A DNA stretch of 64,000 nucleotides, taken from positions 103,664,001-103,728,000 of the forward strand of contig OX597819.1 of the NCBI GenBank assembly GCA_951406725.2, written 5' to 3'. Under the pieces are notes generated by a model. That model ran no database searches. It had not been told where the DNA came from and was given only the letters and a program-made list of their open reading frames with translations. Positions 55,454 to 64,000 of this stretch are shown piece after piece. Both the position numbers and the translations under genes were made by a program. The DNA comes from Octopus vulgaris. Taxonomy: Eukaryota. Position 1 is the stretch's first letter. Every line of letters starts with the position of its first letter.

Positions 55454-56681
55454 TATATACATACATACAGAAATTCATGAATGCATGCATGCATGCATGC
55501 ATGCATGCATACATACATACATACATACATACATACATACATACATACATACATACACACATACATAAACACACATGTTTGAAAAGAAATGCAATTGTAT
55601 AGACGTACAATGTTATGTATGTTTAATTTATTTTTAAATTACGTATTTGTGTATGTGTGAGAGTGTTGTGCTTTGTTGTTTGTGTGTGTGTACATATGAA
55701 CATCTTGCAGATCTAAGTATAATGAATACCCATGTCAAATCTTTAAACCACTTCTGTAATATTAAACGTACAGTTATATATATATATATATATATATAAA
55801 CGGAGAGAGAGAGAGAGTAAAATGAGCACCTGCTTGACTATCTGTCAATCCATATATCTAACACTGTATCTGTTTATCTACCTATGCTAATATCTTATCT
55901 TTTCTTTATTATCCTCTCCAGTCTCATTATTTTAACATCCATCCATACAGGAAAAGCTTTGCACAGATATTGCCTACGTAAATAGAAAAAGACATGGGTA
56001 CAGCACATATATACTAACATACTTCCATATATTTAGACACACATGCATACATGTAAACATACATGTATGCCTATATGTGTGCTTGTGAGTGTGTGTTTGT
56101 GTGTATGTGTGTATGAGTGCATGCATGTGTGTGTGTGCATGTATGTATCTAGTATGTATATGTACGTATTACTGTATTTGTAAAAGCATGCATCTGCTTT
56201 TGTTCTCGTGTGTGTGTGTGGTGTCATGTCACCGTAAACTTGTTCTTCATACCATTAGTTTATTTTTTAGCCATTAAAATAATGTCTGTTCTGTAACTCT
56301 CATGTTTGACTTTACTTGGAAACAAGACGGAAAGAACAATGAAAACAACTAAGATTTATCTTTCCTTACTAGAATCAACAACATCGTAACAACCAGCATT
56401 GCTAATAACAGTAACATAAACACTACTAATGGCTGCCAATGCGGGAACTACTATGCAGTCGCTCGGTACAGCCAAATATCAATCATCGGACCCTACTGTC
56501 TAAAAAAAATGATGGACATATTGTGTTTTTTATTAGACATAGAAAAGTGACGAAATGCTCATGCCCAACATTGTCTATGTAGACACTGAATTTGCTTCCT
56601 TGTAAATGGAACACACTGAAGAATTTTCAAACTCCAGTATATATTCCTGAAGAGAAACAGGAGAAAACGAGTGAGAAAGAT

Positions 56682-56905
56682 AAAGATGTGGGAGAAAAAA
56701 ACTAAGATGTGGGAGAAAGACAAAGATGTGGGACAAAAAACTAAGATGTGGGAGAAGAAACTAAGATGTGGGGAAAGACAAAAATGTGGGAGAAGAAACT
56801 AAGATGTGGGAGAAAAAAACTAAGCTGTGGGAGAAAGACAAAGATGTGGGAGAAAAAGAAAGATGTGGGAGAAAGAGAAAAGCTAAAAAGAAAGATGTAG
56901 GAGAA
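56682..56905. repeat. Minisatellite of alternating ~19/21-bp units (AAGATGTGGGAGAA core) x ~11
   Basis: Seen directly. Confidence 0.9.
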
Positions 56906-57468
56906 AGAAAAGTATGAGAAAGAAAGTGACAGAAAAAAAATAGGAGAGAAGACTTTGGTGATTATAGGGTAAGTTGAGGTGTATTGCGTGAGAGTAGTGG
57001 AAGAGAAAATTACAATGTTAATGGTATAGTCTGAGGCGTGTTGGTGTATTTCCGTAGTTAGTATGTCTGCATGGTGAACTGTAAGTGGAGGGTTCAAAGT
57101 AGTCTTACTAAGAGTCTGTGTATAACCACTAAAGCGATAAAGAATGTGGGAAGGATAAGTACACTGCTCACAGGTTAAGGAGTGAATGAAAGGAGATGTA
57201 TATAAATTGTATTGTGTGGCTTTCAACCTATCTCACTCTCCAAAACCTCTTCCCACTTGCATACATATGTTTCTTTAGATTTTCGTTCCATCGTCCTTTC
57301 AGCATATTTTGTCTCTCCTTTCTTTCCTTCATTTTTTTTTCTTCATCTCTCCTTCTCTCACTTTCTCTCCTGCTATCTTCTCTTGCTTTCCTTTATTTAT
57401 CTATTTTCCAATCCCGCTTTCTCTATCATTCCTGCGATTCTTATACAATGTTCATCATGGATTGCATT

Positions 57469-57521
<53 letters not shown>

Positions 57522-58506
57522 CAGGTATAAGTTCACACATAAATGGCATATATGTGTGTGTGAATATGTATATATATTTCTAGACAGATGTACGAAACTC
57601 CCGGGCCTAGAGTAACTTTGTGAATTTACTGCATACATAAAAACATATATGTACGTGTATGTGTCCGCACTTGTATATAAATGCATATATGCGCAGATAT
57701 AAAGTATATTGTGAGTGCGTGCTTGCGTGCGGACGTGCGTGCGTCTCCATGTATGTATATTTATGTTCATGCATACACGTAGGTGTGCACATACGTAACA
57801 ATTCTCCAGTGTGCCCCTCTCATTTTCAGTCTTTCCGTTCCCTTACCAATCCACTCCATATCTCCCCATGTCCCCTCTTCTACTCCGCTTCCTCCTGTCC
57901 AACCCCACCTGCTCCTTCCCCTTCAAATCTCGACTAATGTGCCATAACTGAATTATGACAAAAGTCAACGGTGTTGCGAGAGAGCAAAAGGAGAAATTTA
58001 CGAGAAAACTCAGACAATTTAGAATCCTCCAAGGAACGTCTTTCCCAACTACTTGTTTTGTCGGCCATTTTTACAAGCTTTCTACAACAACAAGTGAGTT
58101 ATTTGCAAAAATATATAAATAAATATATAGATGAATAAACAATAACCGTATAAATAATAACAAATAAATAAAGATCGCAACATGATATATAATAATAACA
58201 CATTTTTTCTTCCCAAAGCAATTTTTTCTCTTTCTTATTCTCGATCGTATTGTTACAGTTTTCGTTTTTGTTTATTTTTTTCAATGAGATGTGATTATTT
58301 TCTGTTTATTTATTCTATTTATTTATGCAGTTTTTTTTTTCAAAATATAAAATTTGTTCAGACATATAATTCTGTTTTCAACTGGAAACTGATATAATTT
58401 TTGTCTTTGTGTCTCCAGTTTAATTTCTGTGATTTTTTTTTCTTTACAAAAATGGAAATTGAATAATAGAATAATCAAAGGATAGAAAGAACATATACAT
58501 TCATAC

Positions 58507-58550
<44 letters not shown>

Positions 58551-58709
58551 GCGCGTAAAAAACAACAAAAATAGTTCAATTTTACGCAAATCAACTCAAG
58601 AAAAGACATGAAAACATTACACAGACATATGCAAATACAGACACACACACGCATACGCAGGCACACATACAACCGCAGATATGTATTTTTATATACATAT
58701 ATGTACATG

Positions 58710-58800
<91 letters not shown>

Positions 58801-58929
58801 GCATCCATTATGAGCATGCAGTTATGTATCTGCATTTGTGTGAATAATGCTAGCGTTTCTGTACACGAATAAATGAGCACATGCGCGTATTTGTATGTAT
58901 TATTTTTATATCTGTGTATCTATATTATT

Positions 58930-59265
58930 TCGTTTTCTTGTCTCAATCATTAGACTGCAATTATGCAGGGGCACTGCCTTGAGGAATTTTAATCGAACGC
59001 ATCAACAGCAGTCTCTTTCTCTTTTTTATGCCTGGTACGTGTTCTATTGGTGCCTCTTGGCCGAAACGCTACAGAGACGTAAACGCAACGACATGGATAT
59101 ATACGTCAGTCTTCTTTTAGTTTCCGACTAACAAACACACTCACAATTCTTTGGTTAACTTGAAGCTACAGAAGAAGACACTTGCCTGCAGTCATACACA
59201 ATGGGTTGAACCCGGAACTATGCGTTTGGGAAACAAATTTCTTCCTACACAGCCATGCCTGCACC
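58930..59265 (-). mobile_element. SINE family A, decayed
   Basis: AGAAGACACTTGCC..TTGAACCCGGAAC..CTTCCTACACAGCCATGCCTGCACCT. Confidence 0.8.
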
Positions 59266-59344
59266 TCTCATACATACATGCATACATACATATATATGTA
59301 AACGTATATATATATGTTTGTATAAGTATATATATATATTCAAT

Positions 59345-59925
59345 ACCTGATCCTAGGCTGCGATGATTCGGCTTTCAGTCTTCTTTTTAAGGACACCCTT
59401 GTTGAGTAACTTCCATTATGCTTCCTGTCTTTTAAGTTCCAATTCTATGTGGAGTAGAGTTTCTTCTCTCTTGTTGGCTATTCGTAAGTGGAATTCCTTA
59501 GAACATTCAACTCCTTGGTGGTAAATCCTTCCGAATTAGTAGCATACTGTAGCAGTTCTTCCTTGCTTTTTTATTAAATACGCTACCATGTTTCTTCTCT
59601 CACTTTTATACACTCCCGTCGGCTAATCAGCTCACGTCCACCTTCAAACCTCTCCACGTAAAGCCTGTGTACGTTCGCCTTAGGGTGGAAGGCACTATTG
59701 CAATGTTATTGCCTTTGTGGTAATGCGACCGAGCTGGTTAATCTCCGCTCGTGTCCATTTCAGAATGGGTGCACTATAGCGGACTGCAGCAATAGCTTAT
59801 ATGTCGATGGCAGTCACAAGGATCTTTGCGTTGAGTTTTGACTTCAAGAGTAGTTTGAGGCGCTTCAAATTCGTAGTGTTGACCTTGTCTTTCATTTCTT
59901 AACGCAAGTTACTGCCCAGCTTTGA
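59345..59925 (-). mobile_element. R4/Dong-like LINE fragment (RT thumb region)
   Basis: LKSKLNAKILVTAID..VRYSAPILKWT..FHPKANVHRLYVERFEGGREL..TESRIIAA*DQ. Confidence 0.85.
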
Positions 59926-60067
59926 AACCATCATCATCCGAGTTTTCCATTCGCTCTCCGTTTGGCAATTCGATGCCTACAGAATCAGCTGTTTATCATT
60001 ATTATTATTATTATTATTATTATTGTTATTATTATCATTATTATCATCATCATCATCATCATCATCA

Positions 60068-60179
<112 letters not shown>

Positions 60180-60282
60180 CTTCGTACCACAGTGTACGTA
60201 AAAATGCACCGGAGTCTTTAGTCATCTGTCAAGTCACACCAAAGATATCAGGCAGAAAATACTTTCCTTAAGATGAAGATAT

Positions 60283-61523
60283 AATCAGTCCATTAGCAGG
60301 AAAGTCAACATTGTGCGTGAAGAATTCCATCCACTTCACAGAATTGATCAAGGATACTCCCATTGATCCAACCAGATGGTGAGTCTAGATGTGATAAGCC
60401 TGTTCACGAAAGTCCCAACTGGTGAAGAACTATCGGTGATACAAGAAAAACGAGTGACAGACACCCATCTAAAAGAAAGCACTAGTATACCAATAAGAAA
60501 CTTGATGATAATGTTGACCTTCTGTGTAGAAACTACCTACTTCAGTATGGACATCGATATATATCGACAAGAGGAGGGTTTAGCTATGGGTTCCCCACTA
60601 TCACTGGTAATAGCCAATATATACATGGAATACTTTGGCTTTAGCAGCAATACCATTAAAACCAACACTATGGCTACGATATGTTGATGACATCTTTATA
60701 CTCTGGCCCCACCAGGAATATGTCCAATTGCTGTTAGATCATGTGAACTCAATAAAACCATCCATACAGTTCACAATGGAAAAAGAAAAAGGCAATCAGC
60801 TTACATTCCTGGACGTATTAATAACATGCTCCAAGTATGGATTCAGGACATCCGTATACCACAAGCCGATCTTTACTGGACGATACTTGAACTTCAATTC
60901 CCACTATCCATACAGTGTTAGGAGAGGGATTACTCAGTGCCTAAAACATTGTGGAAAGAATATAAGTAGCGATCTGGATACACACAACGAAGAAATGATC
61001 AAGCTCAATAACGATCTCTTAAGCAACAACTACCCCAAAAACATACTATCCACTCCAATTAAGAAGAGAGAGGATGAGGCCAATAAACTGTCCGCAGTCT
61101 GCCTACCCTATGTGAAAGGCCTCTCCGAAAAGATACAATAGATATGCGGCCCATATGACATCAAGAATAATACAACACTTCGCAAATATCCCCTTCGAGT
61201 AAAACCATCAATAGAAGAGAATATGACCAAAGACTGCGTGTACTCCATCTCGTGCAGATGTGGTAGGTTATACAAAGGCAAAACATGCCGCCCCTCTAAT
61301 TAAGGGTAGACAAACATTAAAAAGCTGTGACACGAGGAGATATTGATAACTCGGGTATAGCTGATCATGTATGGAAAACTGGAGACCACCAATGGAAAAT
61401 ACGAAAACTAAAAGAAGCAGCACATATGCTAGGACACAACAACCTCCTAAGCAGACCGAGTACAGATATGAGCAGCATATGAGAAACTGTATTAAGGAAG
61501 AATAGAAAAATATTAGATTTATA
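60283..61523 (+). mobile_element. Penelope-like element (Poseidon-type) RT + GIY-YIG endonuclease pseudogene
   Basis: VKNSIHF, MVSLDVISLFTKVP, GLAMGSPLS, WLRYVDD, FLDV, YHKP..GRYLNFNSH, CVYSISCRCGRLYKGKT, RKLKEA. Frameshifts and stops; 5'-truncated. Confidence 0.93.
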
Positions 61524-61524
61524 A

Positions 61525-61810
61525 GCCCTAAAATTCACTCTATAATTGCCCACGGGCATATGGCGTAGTGGTTAATAATGCGGGCTTCTAACTCCAAGAT
61601 TCTAACAAGATACTAACTCTCAACAACAACAACAACAACAATAATATTAATAATAATAACATCGAAAAATGCCTTAATAATGAGGACCCAGGATCGAAAT
61701 TTCCCCAAGACACCTGAAGACGGCTGGAGGATATATCAGCCGAAACGTTGTGTTAACAACAAACAAGATGAGGACATATATCCGTCGACTGTAAAAACTG
61801 TAAATAATGT
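61525..61810 (+). repeat. PLE 3' repeat (pLTR) with tRNA-like A-box and HHR
   Basis: Follows the ORF end. A-box TGGCGTAGTGG at 61561; homologous to 62641-62775. Confidence 0.8.
61709..61754 (+). ncRNA. Minimal type I hammerhead ribozyme
   Basis: GACAC-CTGAAGA-C-GGCTG-gaggatatat-CAGCC-GAAAC-GT-T^-GTGTT, with a loopless palindromic stem III (AACGTT) typical of PLE HHRs. Confidence 0.8.
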
Positions 61811-61834
61811 TATGATTATTATTATTATTATTAC

Positions 61835-61922
<88 letters not shown>

Positions 61923-61923
61923 T

Positions 61924-62383
61924 AGTGAGAGAGCAGAGCATGCAATCAAAGTGACACTGGGGCAAAATATACGAAGCCCAGTATACCCATCATGACTACC
62001 CGTCTGATAATGGTATACCAGGTACATGCATCACAACCATATGTGCACGACATGGTGATGTCATATCAAGATAAACAGTACATGACCTTGCAGGTGGGAC
62101 CCAGTTAGAATTTTCTTCTGGTCGAGGAGCCCATCCCGCTCAAAAGGTCCCTGAATAAAGATTGTTTAAGGATGTTGAACGAAGCACCCATGTTTCCAAA
62201 GGTGAATTATCCAAACCTCTAAGAATTCCTTTCAACACAAGGCTATGATACTCCCCCACTACTTCTGCTCATGATCAGAGCTGCACATATTGTCAGCCAC
62301 TAAGGGACATGGTCAACTGGTTACGGTCAAACAACTGACAAGCAAATCTGTGGTATTGAGCAGAATATCTGCTGTAGCCCATC

Positions 62384-62388
<5 letters not shown>
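61924..62388 (-). mobile_element. Non-coding retroposon family D, longer copy, embedded in (TTA)n
   Basis: Matches 38020-38395; (TTA)n on both sides. Confidence 0.88.
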
Positions 62389-62418
<30 letters not shown>

Positions 62419-62420
<2 letters not shown>

Positions 62421-62559
62421 AGGTTGTCCCAAAAGTTCGTAGAAAGTCTTGGAAAATAATGGTCTTTATTTTGAGGAATAATTTTTGTTATTTTTGTTAG
62501 TATTTGACGAGTAAAAATTCAATTTTCGCAAGTGTTTACGAACTTTTGGGACAATCTAA
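62419..62559. mobile_element. Mariner-derived MITE with TA TSD
   Basis: TIRs TAAGGTTGTCCCAAAAGTTCGTA and TACGAACTTTTGGGACAATCTAA, flanked by TA. Confidence 0.88.
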
Positions 62560-62562
62560 TAT

Positions 62563-62790
62563 TGAGGTCACTGCGTGGAATCGAACTCGGAATCTTGGGG
62601 TTAGTAGCCCGCGTTCTCAGCCATTACGCCATATTCCCGTGGGCATATGGCGTAGTGGTTAAGAGCGCGGTTATGACACCTGATGAAGTCTAGAGGGTAT
62701 ATCAGCGGAGACCTTGTGTTAAAAGCAAAGAAGATGAGGACAAATATCCGTCAAATATAAATAATGTAAACAATGTACATAATACCTTAT
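62563..62790. mobile_element. Solo pLTR-derived element: inverted tRNA-like head + forward head + degenerate HHR
   Basis: Minus arm has A-box TGGCGTAATGG and B-box GAGTTCGATTCC. Forward arm has GGGCATATGGCGTAGTGGTTAAG, then GACAC-CTGATGA-A..CAGCGGAGAC.TTGTGTT (62675-62720). Confidence 0.8.
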
Positions 62791-63214
62791 CTCTTAAATA
62801 TAGAACTGTTTTGTTGTTGTTGTGGTTACTGCTATTGTTATTGTTGTTGTTGTCATGTAACGAATAATTATGGCGCCGAACAATACTTAAAAATAAAGGT
62901 AAAGAATTAGACAGTGAATGAGACGTTGGTGAACTTCATATATATGCGTGTGTTTCACAGTGATTGAGGTCGATCAAGTAATCCCGTAAATGGCGGTATT
63001 CCTAGCATTGATTAGAAGAGTGAGAGCAAAGCGAATCTAATTTATTTACCAAGTGTGAAACATCTCCGTAGATTTTTACTGACATGATTAAGTAAGTTTT
63101 TTCTAGGTTTTCTTATATTTTTACACCGTTTTTACTCACTTTTGTTTCATGCTGTTTCTTGCTTTTGCGTTAGTTTGCAATTGAAATGCATATGTTCGTA
63201 TGTGTCTGCGTATG

Positions 63215-63278
<64 letters not shown>

Positions 63279-63533
63279 TATACACATATATACATGGATA
63301 TACATATATAGACATATATATATATATATGTGTATATATATGCACACACACGTGTGTGTATGTATATATGTGTGTGTGTGTCTATGTATATATGTTTGTA
63401 TGTATATGTGTGCATGTATATGTGGATGCGTATATACACATACGTACAAATACCAACACACATGCCCACATACATTTCAACAGAGTAACGTAGGGTATGT
63501 GTGTGCTAGCTTGTGGATGTCTGTTTATGTATG

Positions 63534-63571
<38 letters not shown>

Positions 63572-63673
63572 AGAGTAAGCACATAAATGTGAAACAAAGT
63601 GGAAAAAATAGTACTCGAACACCAGAGAGGGAGAGAAAGAGAGATAGAGAGAGACATATATATACATATATAC

Positions 63674-63712
<39 letters not shown>

Positions 63713-64000
63713 CACAACAAACATACATACATGCATGCATACATACATGCATACATACATACATACATACATACATACATACATACATACATACATACAT
63801 ACATACATACATACATACATACACGCATACACACATGAATACGTACTATCCATGTCTATGGTAAACTGTTACGTACTTATTTTAACTGCAGTTGCTGTCA
63901 CTGTCTCAAAAGCCACATTTCCCACTCAATATGGCTACCGAAACGACGGACATGTTTCTGTCTTTTATTTTTCTTTTTGTTTTCTTTGATTTTCTTTTCC

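Noticed and set aside
56682-56905. CRISPR-like periodicity
   Set aside because: There are no unique spacers and the context is eukaryotic; it is a minisatellite.
62270-62345. HDV-like ribozyme at the 5' end of family D (GTCAGT/GCTGAC pairing)
   Set aside because: I could not assign convincing P2, L3 and P1.1 elements.

Overview
Repeat-dominated eukaryotic DNA, AT-rich and very dense in microsatellites. The SINE families resemble, from recall, those of octopod cephalopods (Octopus). I found no host protein-coding exon I can support; almost all ORFs in the track are microsatellite translations. The window holds about 25 tRNA-derived SINE copies from three families, a decayed 5S rRNA copy, Tx1/L1-type and R4/Dong-type LINE fragments, a mariner relic, several MITEs, a non-autonomous Helitron and a decayed Penelope-like element (PLE; RT + GIY-YIG). 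The most notable signal is a set of hammerhead-ribozyme (HHR) folds in at least three unrelated small elements. Several of these elements have inverted ends and sit beside (TA)n tracts. One lies in the PLE 3' repeat, which also carries a tRNA-like Pol III head. This suggests Penelope-mobilised, retrozyme-like elements. All calls were made by eye, without alignments or folding software.
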